A stretch of DNA of 64,000 bases from a virus: positions 1 through 64,000 of IMG/VR virus record IMGVR_UViG_3300009130_000011, one strand, 5' to 3'. Positions 24,715 through 34,171 of this stretch are shown here, one piece after another. The notes under the pieces were generated by a model. It was not told where the DNA came from and searched no databases. It saw only the letters and a program-made list of their open reading frames with translations. The number at the start of each line of letters is the position of its first letter. Within the stretch, counting starts at the first letter, position 1. The position numbers and the translations under genes were made by a program.

Positions 24715-25644
24715 TTAGAAGGGGTAGTCATCCTCTGCATCATATAGATCGGCAGGAACTTCGCCATCTATGTTTCCTGCTACCTCAAGAACTTGAGGGG
24801 CAGGGGCATGAGCAACTTCGACAAGTTCAGCTTCCTCGACTTGAGAATCGAAAGCTGAAAGATCGAAACCGACCTCAGAGTCAAGAACAGAGTGCAATGC
24901 CTCAGAGCGTTGAGGCAAGGCAACAAGATTGCCCTTGTATACCTCGGTAAAGGCATTATAAAGGGAGTTCATGTTTCTGTCCCAAAACTCGGTGTGGTCA
25001 GACTTTTCCCATTGGTCAACCACATCAGCAATCTTAGTCTTGCTGACTGCACCTGCTTTGTAGGCACGAATCACAAGATCGTTGACTTGAGCGTTGGTCA
25101 AATCAAAATCCTTGTAGGATACGATGCGTTGATCTTGACCCATCCAAAAATTGAACAACTTGCCCAAAGTGCGAGAGATCACATGATCTAGCTCGGAAAG
25201 GATGTTCTTAGTGTGCCTGCGAGCCAACTTGACCGAATTGGTAAAGATGAGGTTGTCGCAAACAAATGGAGCGTCACCTGCACACAATCCTGCAGGGAAG
25301 CACTTGTCGTGAGCATTACGCAATCCAACGATTGTGCCTCTCTCGGTGTTTTCCCTGTTTGGGTGAGTGACCTCAAACAATCCAAAGTAGCGTTTGCCAC
25401 CTCTTGCGAGGTTGTGGCACTCGTCTACAACTTCAAACCCACCTTGCTCAAGATGGTTACGAGTCTTGTCAATCAAGAGATTGTGCGAAATAGGCTGATA
25501 AGAAACGGAGTGCGTTCCGTCCTTGTTCGCCTCTTTGCGATACTCGATATCGGGAGTCACTACATCAGCGACTTCCCCTAGCGTTACTACCTTATGCTCG
25601 CCTCCGCAGATGGCGAGATTAATTTTGTTTTTCGTGTTAGACAT
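24715..25644 (-). CDS. DUF932-family protein
   Basis: YQPISH, GKRYFGL, GLRNAHDK, FVCDNL, RRHT, SLYNAFTE. Confidence 0.7.
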   Translation of the reverse strand: MSNTKNKINLAICGGEHKVVTLGEVADVVTPDIEYRKEANKDGTHSVSYQPISHNLLIDKTRNHLEQGGFEVVDECHNLARGGKRYFGLFEVTHPNRENTERGTIVGLRNAHDKCFPAGLCAGDAPFVCDNLIFTNSVKLARRHTKNILSELDHVISRTLGKLFNFWMGQDQRIVSYKDFDLTNAQVNDLVIRAYKAGAVSKTKIADVVDQWEKSDHTEFWDRNMNSLYNAFTEVYKGNLVALPQRSEALHSVLDSEVGFDLSAFDSQVEEAELVEVAHAPAPQVLEVAGNIDGEVPADLYDAEDDYPF

Positions 25645-25682
25645 GATTATATTCTCTCAGTTTTTTTGTTAATTGTCAAGGG

Positions 25683-25928
25683 TTAATTTCTGTAAAAGTC
25701 TTGTGTGGTATCTTCTGACATCAACTTTTCGTAAAGTGATGCTTGTTCCGAAACGATCTTGAAGCTTATGCCGATAAGGCTAATCATTGCTAAGTCTTCC
25801 TCGTTGAGCTTGCCCATTTCATTCATGGGGTTGATGAGCTTCTCGAATATGAAATCCATACCCGAAGACATTACCTCTTCTGCTTGGGGGCATTCAAATT
25901 CGTTTGTGAAATCTTCATTAATATTCAT
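25683..25928 (-). CDS. hypothetical protein
   Basis: 81 aa. Confidence 0.6.
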   Translation of the reverse strand: MNINEDFTNEFECPQAEEVMSSGMDFIFEKLINPMNEMGKLNEEDLAMISLIGISFKIVSEQASLYEKLMSEDTTQDFYRN

Positions 25929-26037
25929 AGCGTTTTTTATGTTTGAGTTTTCTGTCTAAGGTTTTGTTCTTCATCTTGAAGGGGCGAGCCTTAGTGAAAA
26001 GGATCGGCTTTCTAATCTTAATTTCCCTTGCTTTCAT
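25918..26037 (-). CDS. 39-aa basic peptide with an ArfA-like motif, paralog of 18799..18906
   Basis: MKAREIKIRKPILFTKARPFKMKNKTLDRKLKHKKRYEY; leaderless promoter. Confidence 0.6.
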   Translation of the reverse strand: MKAREIKIRKPILFTKARPFKMKNKTLDRKLKHKKRYEY

Positions 26038-26142
26038 AATATATATTCTGACAGATTTTGAGTAAACCGCAAGAAAAAAAAAGTTTTTAAGTGAAGTTTT
26101 TTTTGTCGCTTATAGCTAGAATAAGCTGAGCTTATGATTCCG

Positions 26143-26209
26143 TAAGTCGTTGGGTCGCAAGGACTTACGCCGCCCAGAGCGCCCTAACTCGTTGGTATGG
26201 AGCGACTTA
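26143..26209. repeat. 67-bp palindromic element, copy 12
   Basis: TAAGTCGTTGGGTCGCAAGGACTTA-CGCCGCCCAGAGCGCCC-TAACTCGTTGGTATGGAGCGACTTA. Confidence 0.9.
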
Positions 26210-26539
26210 TGCCATCGCGTTGTGCATAGATTCGTAGAAACCTTTGTCTGCCGTCCCATCGTCTTTGCGAACTTGAAGCTCCTCCGTTTCAGCAGGGAAG
26301 ACATGGCAAGGTTCGTCAGCACCATTTTGCTTAATGTACCAAGCGGGTGGATCGAAAGGTTGAACAAGCATTCCAATGAAGCCATACTCCACAAAATACT
26401 TCAAAACTTTTGATCGACCAATGCCATTGATCTTTACATTAACTTCTGATCCTACAGCAGGTATGGGTTGATCTGATCCCCATGCTAGTTTCTCAAACTC
26501 GGTGTAGGAGTTTACGGGTTGTTCGATTTTTTCGTGCAT
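26207..26539 (-). CDS. hypothetical protein
   Basis: 110 aa; stop lies in element 12. Confidence 0.7.
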   Translation of the reverse strand: MHEKIEQPVNSYTEFEKLAWGSDQPIPAVGSEVNVKINGIGRSKVLKYFVEYGFIGMLVQPFDPPAWYIKQNGADEPCHVFPAETEELQVRKDDGTADKGFYESMHNAMA

Positions 26540-26570
26540 AATAGTATTCTCTCAGTTTTTGTTGTGATTG

Positions 26571-26792
26571 TCAATTACAAAATGGATCGGGTTTCCCAAG
26601 AGTATAATCCCATGAGATAGTTGGGTCGCAGTCTAGCATCTCTAATACTTTCTGCCAAGTTTCAGCTACCTGCGTAGTAAATTCACTCTCTCCCATTTCG
26701 GGGTAGACATGACTTATGTCGTTTGGATCGTAGACATTAAGGACATCAAAGATTACCTCAAGGTCGGCTCGGTTTAGGCTAACTTTATCCAT
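26571..26792 (-). CDS. hypothetical protein
   Basis: start MDKV chosen from the overlap with the upstream gene. Confidence 0.55.
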   Translation of the reverse strand: MDKVSLNRADLEVIFDVLNVYDPNDISHVYPEMGESEFTTQVAETWQKVLEMLDCDPTISWDYTLGKPDPFCN

Positions 26793-26967
26793 TTTGCTTT
26801 GCTTCTTCATTTTTAACTTTGCTAAGTTGGTCAATAGTCTTCGCAAGAAATATAAGTTCTTCCCTTGCAGTCCTCTTCCCCTCAAATGAGGCGTTTTCGT
26901 TTTCGAGAACCGCAATGTAAATCTTTACTGCGGATTCCCAAGTCGGAGTCATATCAATCGTTTTCAT
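26785..26967 (-). CDS. hypothetical protein (IDMTPTW)
   Basis: 60 aa, leaderless promoter. Confidence 0.65.
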   Translation of the reverse strand: MKTIDMTPTWESAVKIYIAVLENENASFEGKRTAREELIFLAKTIDQLSKVKNEEAKQNG

Positions 26968-27007
26968 AGTATAAATCTTAAAAAATTTTCGTTAAGTTGT
27001 CAAGCGT

Positions 27008-27427
27008 TTACCACCAAGAAGAGTAAAATACTTTCTTGCCTTGTGCTATGGCTTTGTACGCATCAGATATAAACTGCAAGTCAGTTTCCTTGTAATAGTA
27101 ATCACCATCTTCGTAGGGCGTTCCATCCTCCTTCTCCCAAGAGTAAGAATCACTACCAAAGAAGAAACCGCCTGTTTCGGGCATATGCTTTTGATTGATA
27201 ACTGCCTCAAGTTGCTCAAGGTCAGTAAGCGTTAGCTCGACAGGAACACAATTAAATTCTCCCATGCCCCCGCTATCTAAATCATCTAAATTACCTTCGT
27301 ATGGTCTGCCCTTGTCCTCCCAAAGTTGCTCCATGTATCCTTGGAGGCGGTTGTGCTTTCTCCAATCAACGAGATGCTCGGTTTCTCCGTTCTTGTCTTT
27401 TGCGTATGCGTATTGATCTAGTCCCAT
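27008..27427 (-). CDS. hypothetical phage protein (MGLDQY...WRKHN...GFFFG...YSSWW)
   Basis: 139 aa, AGGAG SD. Confidence 0.75.
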   Translation of the reverse strand: MGLDQYAYAKDKNGETEHLVDWRKHNRLQGYMEQLWEDKGRPYEGNLDDLDSGGMGEFNCVPVELTLTDLEQLEAVINQKHMPETGGFFFGSDSYSWEKEDGTPYEDGDYYYKETDLQFISDAYKAIAQGKKVFYSSWW

Positions 27428-27523
27428 GATTTTCTCCTTATGTTTAAGTTAATTTGTATATATGAGTATGACAGGTCATAAGTAAAACGCAAGAAAAAAA
27501 ATCAAATAAAGTTAAAATAGTCA

Positions 27524-27590
27524 TAACCCGTTAGCTATCAAGCACTTACGCCGCTCAGGGCGACGCAAGCCGCTGATAGTCAACGACTTG
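27524..27590. repeat. 67-bp palindromic element, copy 13
   Basis: TAACCCGTTAGCTATCAAGCACTTA-CGCCGCTCAGGGCGACG-CAAGCCGCTGATAGTCAACGACTTG. Confidence 0.88.
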
Positions 27591-27641
27591 CGAAGTTTCT
27601 CATTAACCCTACAACACGAACATACTCAAAGGCTTATTTGG

Positions 27642-27875
27642 TTAGGCTCTATTTAGTGATACGATTCTATCATATCGAAAAGAGCGAATGCCATTCTTGT
27701 TATGGCAGTATGCCCTGAAGCCCGCAGTAACAAGCTTCTCACTTACATTGCCAAACTCATTGACATGCAAAGGCTTCTCAATGGTGTACATTTCGGTGCG
27801 TCCATCCTTAGTGGTATAGACCAAGCTATACAATGGGTTGAACATTCTTTTAATTTTATTAATTATCTTCTTCAT
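27642..27875 (-). CDS. small WYL/Sm-like fold protein (putative)
   Basis: FRAYCHNKNGIRSFRYDRI resembles the WYL-domain RxFRxDRI motif. Confidence 0.45.
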   Translation of the reverse strand: MKKIINKIKRMFNPLYSLVYTTKDGRTEMYTIEKPLHVNEFGNVSEKLVTAGFRAYCHNKNGIRSFRYDRIVSLNRA

Positions 27876-29291
27876 TTGTATTATCCTCCGTTATTGGGTT
27901 TGCGTTATAAAAATTGTAAACATCACACGCTTCTTGAGAGTTATCACATGTCACGCCTATGACATCCCTTGGCTCTTCAATGGGACTCCAAGGTGTCTCC
28001 GACTCTTCAAAATATACTGCCCACAATTCTGCGTCTTCATCATATTCGGGAAGACCAAGAGGTTTGCCGACACATACTGCTTCTACATGTTTATTCATAA
28101 ATCCCACTCTCCCGCTTTTACATTGTCAATATCTTGCATCGCCTTATCATAGGCGGTGCTTTCGCTAGTGTCTTGAATCTCGTCATCGTATAGTTCAAGT
28201 ATATCATTTGCATACTGAATGTTAAAATTTTCTTCTTTAACTAATCGTTCTAGTTCTGTTTTTAATTGTTTTCTCATAGTGCTAGTCTCGTAAGTTTTGG
28301 TTCGTAGTTATGAAGGGTTACTCCGAAGTGAGATGCAAGCTCGGCAATCAAATCGTTGTAGTGCCAAGTGTCGTAGGCATGATTAAGCAAGGCTTCTTGT
28401 TCGTCTGCGGTGTGACCATCTCTAAGTTCGTCATAAATCTCGAATATGTTCATGTTGCCATCCCACATATTCACTTGCCATTCGATGTCTGCTTTATCCA
28501 TTTTTAACCTCCTTGATAATTTTTTCCATTTGTTCTAAGACGGACTTCTTGTTACCTTTTAATCCGTACTCGGCTTTTACGATTGAATATGCTGATTGAC
28601 CTCTTCTGCTCATTCCAAGGCACTCCAACTTGAGAGCGGATCTGAGACTGAGGAATCGAAACATATCGATTTGTTCGGGTGTGTCTAATGTAATCATGGT
28701 TAAAATACTATTGAATTAATGCGTCTGTGTCAACACTTTTCTCATTGTTTTTCTTTAATTCCCAACTAATATCATAGAGGTACTGACTGATGAAGTCGAG
28801 CGATCCCGCTATGTTTTTTAATTGAAACAAAGTTTCATCGTTGTTCTTTCTCATCTCGTAGAGTTCGTCTGCAATTCCATTGATTGCTACGACATCTTCG
28901 GATAGTTCGTGTCCTCTTTTAAGGATCTGCTTTGCTTTTTCCATAGTCTTATTCATTTGACATTTCCTCCTCGTCTAGTACTTTTTGTTTTAGCTCCTCT
29001 AGCAATTCAAAGGTTGAGTACCAAGGATCTGTCTTGTCTACCTCACCCTCCATTTCACTATATAAAATATAATCTTTAACTTCCTCAATACATTGGGAAA
29101 CAGGAATCTTAATCCTAAGCATTCTCATTTTGCTCCTCCTCTTCTCTGACTTTCATTAATAGCACGGCAAGCGTGGCAAATGTTTCTCCCCAAGGACTAT
29201 CGTCATTAGTCGCTCCAAGGCGTTGTAGTTTCATCATCACTTGTTCAACGGCAAGTGAGAGATGGTATTCGTTGTCTTGTTCAATCTTCAT
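27859..29291 (-). other. run of small overlapping hypothetical genes (27859..28107, 28095..28277, 28274..28501, 28494..28697, 28708..28956, 29115..29291)
   Basis: co-oriented, tightly packed ORFs with internal TTGAC promoters. Confidence 0.65.
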
Positions 29292-29346
29292 ACCTATTAG
29301 TTTGACAGATTCTTGGGTTAAGTCAACACCTTTTTTCAAATAAACG

Positions 29347-29413
29347 TAACTTACTGAATACCAACAACTTGCGCCGCCCAGAGCGCCGTAACCCCTTGAC
29401 CTTCAGTGACTTA
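29347..29413. repeat. 67-bp palindromic element, copy 14
   Basis: TAACTTACTGAATACCAACAACTTG-CGCCGCCCAGAGCGCCG-TAACCCCTTGACCTTCAGTGACTTA. Confidence 0.85.
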
Positions 29414-29548
29414 GGCCAAAAAGCTACGCGCTTGATTATAGTATTGCAAATTTTAATTCATAAGATTATTTGTTCTAATATACATTGCTATTCCAATTGC
29501 TATAGATATTAAGATTATTTCCATATATTTGGTTTGTTGTTTAGATTG

Positions 29549-29947
29549 TTATCGCTCGGGCCCATAGTCTACCAAGACTTTGTTGTGCGATAGTTTGACT
29601 GAGTGGGAGGCGTAGATTGGGTTCTCTGAGCTCTTGTATACGAAAGTCTCATACTTGTAGGGGTTGTATGTTACTTCAATGCCATTATCGTACGATGCGA
29701 TAGGGTCTTCATCGATGTAACCCTTGATTCCTGCGTGAACATTCTTACGCTTCTCCTCTAGAACTTTTTTCCTGCCGCGTGAGTTTACCTGAAACGCGCA
29801 ATCCCAAAGCTCCACTTCTGCGGTATGAGCTTTTACTAAACCGGCTTGTTTTATAGACCAACAGTCTCTATGTAAATTCTTATAAACAAAGACCTTTTTA
29901 TTATAATCAATTTTGTATCTAATATCGTTTTGATTTCTTAATTCCAT
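29549..29947 (-). CDS. hypothetical phage protein (VYKNLH...KRKNVHA...YNPY)
   Basis: 132 aa. Confidence 0.75.
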   Translation of the reverse strand: MELRNQNDIRYKIDYNKKVFVYKNLHRDCWSIKQAGLVKAHTAEVELWDCAFQVNSRGRKKVLEEKRKNVHAGIKGYIDEDPIASYDNGIEVTYNPYKYETFVYKSSENPIYASHSVKLSHNKVLVDYGPER

Positions 29948-30198
29948 TACTCTACTCCTAATACTGATTTTAATTGGCGGAAGTTGTCCACTTGAATGAA
30001 GACTTCACGAACATAGTCGTCTGACTCGGATTCTACCTTCTCGATACGATCAGCAACATCGCAAGCTTGGCAGATCTCTCTCTGACGCATTCCCCACTTG
30101 ATAACCAATGGAGTGTTTGGAAAATACTTAACCAACTCTTTAAGTTGAATAGAATTAACAAACCCCCAACAATCTATAATTTCTTTTAATGTATTCAT
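29947..30198 (-). CDS. hypothetical protein
   Basis: 83 aa, leaderless promoter. Confidence 0.65.
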   Translation of the reverse strand: MNTLKEIIDCWGFVNSIQLKELVKYFPNTPLVIKWGMRQREICQACDVADRIEKVESESDDYVREVFIQVDNFRQLKSVLGVE

Positions 30199-30443
30199 GC
30201 TTTATATACTGACAGAATAACCCGCAAAGTCAACAACAAAAAAACCCCCACCTGCGATAAATTAAACAGGTGAGGGTCGGAGGAGTGGGAAAGTGTTCCA
30301 CGCTTTTATGTAGTTACGGGAAAGGCGATGAAATAACCAGACTACGAAATCCGCTACAATACCTTTTACATACCCCATCAACGAAAGGAGGTCGATTTGG
30401 TCGTTTCAGTCCAAATGCAACCTATACTATGAGAATAAATAGA

Positions 30444-30631
30444 TGTGGGGGAGGACTACTGAATACCTCCAACTTTTCGGCGTGAACATCAGTTCAATGG
30501 TGTACCTACTTCGAACTACAGACTAGACTTGGTATTTGTCTTTTGGCTCATCCGATTGGACTCTGCCATCCCCACCACAGGGGTCTGCATACCTTAACCC
30601 GCTCACGACAGGTTTATTCGAGTCACCCACA
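30444..30631 (-). ncRNA. candidate structured ncRNA
   Basis: GC-richer stretch with no convincing ORF, downstream of TTGACA-17-TATGAT (30726-30754); terminal TGTGGG/CCCACA pairing and internal helices. Confidence 0.4.
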
Positions 30632-30767
30632 GGAAGGATTATAAGCCCTTCCAAAGTGTTTAAAATGTTAAAGATCAATTTATTTTATTTATTTGAGTTT
30701 GGTTCTCAATTTTGATTATTTATATATCATACTACATTATTTGATATTTGTCAAGTATTATTTTTTA

Positions 30768-31384
30768 TTATTTGCTTCCTCCGTTGATTGCGTCAAGTGC
30801 ATTATTTTTTTCTTGTAGTTTCCTTGCTTCCTGCTTTTGTATTTGAACCATCTTGTCGATGTGGCTCAAGTCCTCAACTTCTGTTTCAAGATACTCATCT
30901 ATTAATTGAGCAATTTTTTCTATTAAATCATTTTCTTGTGAATTATTCATATTTAGTTATTTATTTGTTTGTTTTTCTGCAACTAGATCGCAGGTTGGCT
31001 TGAATCCATAATAATACATTTCATCAAAAATTCTCTGCATTCTCCTGTCAATCTCTTCTTTAGCCCACACAACTGATCGTGCGATACTAATGTCATCATA
31101 GTCACCTGCTAGATCATTCATGTTTACTTGCAACAAATTTTCTGCAAATTCTCTATAATATTTGTAGCCCATGTCTATTCGATTCATGCTACCCCCTTTG
31201 CCATTCTAACTGCTCTCTCAGCTTGGATTTGTTTAAGGCGAAGATCGGCTTGCCTCTGTTGGGCAAGAATACCTTCCGTTGCCTCGTTGTATCCCATGAA
31301 CCTGCGATTAAAGGCGTGAGGGTCTTTGCCCTTTACCTTGTTCATTACCGCAGTTGCTCTTGCGCATTTTGCTATGTTTGCCAT
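30768..31384 (-). other. three small hypothetical genes (30768..30950, 30957..31187, 31184..31384)
   Basis: co-oriented ORFs with SD or overlaps. Confidence 0.65.
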
Positions 31385-31430
31385 ATACTTTTTCCTCCTG
31401 TTTTAATTGTTATTCTATAAGTCTGACAGA

Positions 31431-31688
31431 TTATTCAACAAAGTCAACACCTTTTTTATTATTTTTTAACCACATAGAATTATTTATATAATAAGGTATT
31501 CCTATTGGTGGAAGTGGAATAAAGTCGGGCGGTGAAGGTGGAATGAAATCGGGGGCATTATTTGGTGGAGTTATATTTGGGGGTCTAGATGGCGCTTCCG
31601 CATAGTGCGGATGTTGCCCTAAATAATCAAACTGATCGGTCGAGCGACAACTACATAAAAAAAATAGTATTATTAAAACATATTTCAT
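31431..31688 (-). CDS. Pro-rich lipoprotein (putative)
   Basis: signal peptide ending LCSC; PDFIPP repeats. Confidence 0.55.
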   Translation of the reverse strand: MKYVLIILFFLCSCRSTDQFDYLGQHPHYAEAPSRPPNITPPNNAPDFIPPSPPDFIPLPPIGIPYYINNSMWLKNNKKGVDFVE

Positions 31689-32191
31689 TCTTCTTCTCCC
31701 CTTTCTTTACGCTCATAGTATTCTCTCAATTTTTTCATGAATTCTTCTTGTGAAAGTCCCTCATATTTATTACTATCTAATTTATTTTTTAAGTCATTTA
31801 ACTTATCCGCCTGTGGTCGGGGGATTGACCTGCGGGAAGGTCTTATTTCCGAGATATTAATTTCGGGTTTTATTTTATTTGATTTTGTTTGTTTTTTACT
31901 CTTTACCCCATTGGGTCGTTCCTTATCTTGTAATAGATCATTAATATAGAAAGGATTATTAAAAATATTTCTAACATTCTGTCCTTGGTTTGTAAGTTTA
32001 TTTAGGTCGTCAGTAATGCGCTCGATAACACCTTCTGCTACCTTTATCGCATCATCACGAGACATAGTATCACCTGTTTCGGTATTTGTCAAGGACGCAT
32101 CAGAAGAAACTTCTTCCCTCAACTTATTTATTTCATCCTTAATTGACAATATTTCATCTAATTTTTTATTAATTTCTCTTGCTAAACTCAT
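31685..32191 (-). CDS. hypothetical coiled-coil protein
   Basis: probable start MSLARE. Confidence 0.6.
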   Translation of the reverse strand: MSLAREINKKLDEILSIKDEINKLREEVSSDASLTNTETGDTMSRDDAIKVAEGVIERITDDLNKLTNQGQNVRNIFNNPFYINDLLQDKERPNGVKSKKQTKSNKIKPEINISEIRPSRRSIPRPQADKLNDLKNKLDSNKYEGLSQEEFMKKLREYYERKERGEEE

Positions 32192-33009
32192 ATTGATATT
32201 TGGGTTCTCATTGTTTATCCTAAAGTCTGACAGAATTATCCATAATGTCAAACAAAAAAATCACTATACAAAAAACACAAAAAAAATTATAAAATTAACT
32301 TGGGGCGCAGGTTCTTTATTTGATAAAATATTATTTGGATTCTTTTGGTTTGAACGGAGGAAACAAACATACTATATTTGATTCAGTTAAACCATACTCC
32401 TCACACATTTCACCCATAGTTGCCATTGCTCTTATTTCGCCCTCAAACTCCCATTCTATCCAATCCACATCTAAAACTAATAATTCAGACATTATTTGAT
32501 TAAATTCAGTATCCATCATCAACTGAAGAAATTCTGCTGATTCAGTCTCGATGTCCATCTTATTTCCGCACAAAATCTTTTGCAATTAAATTATTTGTAC
32601 TTTATATATTTCTTTATTTAATTATTTCCGCGTTTGCATCTCATTCGGGCGATTATTTCGCAGATGCTTATTTGTGTTTATTTTAAATTATTTTAAATTT
32701 AATTAAATGCGCTCTAATCTTATGAAAATTATTATAAATCTTTATTAAGTTCTATTATTTAGCGAAAATTTGATTAGTAATTTTATCTATTTAAAAATAG
32801 GAAATCCATAATCATTTCTTTGCAGTCTCTTCGGGCGCTGAGTATTTGTTTTATTTTGATTTATTTTGTTTTGCTTTCTCCTCGCTCTCAGCTTGCCCCA
32901 CAAAACCATCGAACATAACATCGGTAAAGTTTTCATTAATTTAAAATTCCTTATTTTATCTTATTTTTTATATATTTAAAAACTCCACATCGCAAACCCA
33001 TATATTTTA

Positions 33010-33255
33010 TTACTTCTTATTTTCCTTATTATATACGCTATTAGCATTATTGTTATATTTCTTATGGGAGAAGTTGTGGATGACTCGCAAAGTCTCTGAT
33101 TCAGAGGACTTTAGCAAAATTAACCCATGAATATGCTTGGCGGTCATCTTAGCCCAATTAAGGGCATCGGCTTGACTCCAATTACGACAATCAATGTCGT
33201 ATCCTGCGTGAAAATTGCCTTTGGCATCATATACTTGGTAAGCGTTGTGACTCAT
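33010..33255 (-). CDS. hypothetical protein
   Basis: 81 aa. Confidence 0.6.
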   Translation of the reverse strand: MSHNAYQVYDAKGNFHAGYDIDCRNWSQADALNWAKMTAKHIHGLILLKSSESETLRVIHNFSHKKYNNNANSVYNKENKK

Positions 33256-33637
33256 TATAAAATTTAGTTTGAGTTATTTTAAATTATAATTAAATTATAT
33301 TAATAAATAAGAATCTTTTGTCTATTTGTTTTTTCTTTCTTCGGTGGATTGTCTAATCATTCCAATTTTAATTATCTTGTTTTCTTCGGCTAATTTGCTT
33401 ATTGGTTTATTGTCTTCTTTGTCTAATGATTTGGGTACTTCTGCCCTCAAGTTTTTCAAATCGTCTATTGCTTTGAATCTAACATTACTTATCATATTTT
33501 TGTATTTAATTAACTAGCGCCCCGAATTTGGCTCTTCCGTTCGTCTTTCTTGTTTTCGCTCTACCACAAATGACAATTTTTTATTATGTAAAATAAATTA
33601 TATTAAATTTAAATTAATTGTCTATGTTGGTTAAAGT

Positions 33638-33880
33638 TTATTCAAAATTTGTTATAGTAAACTCTACCTTATCTGAACTCTCTTCATTGACTTTATTTGG
33701 AGTAACAGAACTTTCTTTGTACCCAAGTGCGTTAAGCCACTTTCTACTGACAGGAATTGTAACTCCATCCTTAACTAGATTCTTGAGCGTAGAGAGTTTG
33801 ATTTCAACGAAAGAAGTAGAACCTTTTGTCTTTCCACTCCCCTTCTTGCGAGGAGTACCATCTTTATTTAAAGTAACCAT
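33638..33880 (-). CDS. small basic protein, possibly DNA-binding
   Basis: GTPRKKGSGKTKGSTSFV...IPVSRKWL. Confidence 0.6.
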   Translation of the reverse strand: MVTLNKDGTPRKKGSGKTKGSTSFVEIKLSTLKNLVKDGVTIPVSRKWLNALGYKESSVTPNKVNEESSDKVEFTITNFE

Positions 33881-33930
33881 TTTAACAAAATTAATTTATG
33901 CCCCAATCTTACGAAATAACTAGAGCAGAG

Positions 33931-34170
33931 TCAAGAATATTTTTTCAAACTCGCATCAATCATATTGCGAGTATGCTGATCGTAAATTCTACCTTCATTA
34001 CTAGATGGACATTCTTTTAGAAAAGCGTCATAATCCATGTCTAGCACAAAACTAATGCAACGAACTTTTCTTAGAATACCCATGTCCTTATATTTCAAGA
34101 TCGCCCAACAAGCGTCAATTTGAGTAACTGACGCTTGCTTGAGCGAACTTTCTAATAGAGAAATTGACAT
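33931..34170 (-). CDS. hypothetical protein
   Basis: 79 aa, coupled to the rIIB-like gene. Confidence 0.6.
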   Translation of the reverse strand: MSISLLESSLKQASVTQIDACWAILKYKDMGILRKVRCISFVLDMDYDAFLKECPSSNEGRIYDQHTRNMIDASLKKYS

Positions 34171-34171
34171 A

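Noticed and set aside
16106-26413. ORFs crossing the 67-bp elements (16106..16414, 18667..18930, 26116..26394, 26150..26413)
   Set aside because: They read through the palindromes and overlap better-supported promoter-linked genes.
15557-29413. CRISPR array interpretation of the 67-bp repeats
   Set aside because: Copies are degenerate, 0.4-1.8 kb apart and separated by whole genes; no cas genes are present.
15557-29413. Canonical integron attC sites
   Set aside because: The RYYYAAC/GTTRRRY boxes are not consistently present, the length is invariant, there are no extrahelical-base offsets, the cassettes carry their own promoters, and no IntI is in the window. Kept only as an analogy.
15557-29413. 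Elements as simple Rho-independent terminators
   Set aside because: No consistent U-tract, many uncompensated mismatches, and a separate true terminator lies beside copy 11 (24661-24689).
30444-30631. tmRNA or 6S RNA
   Set aside because: No canonical T-loop, CCA end or tag reading frame, and no long rod-like pairing.
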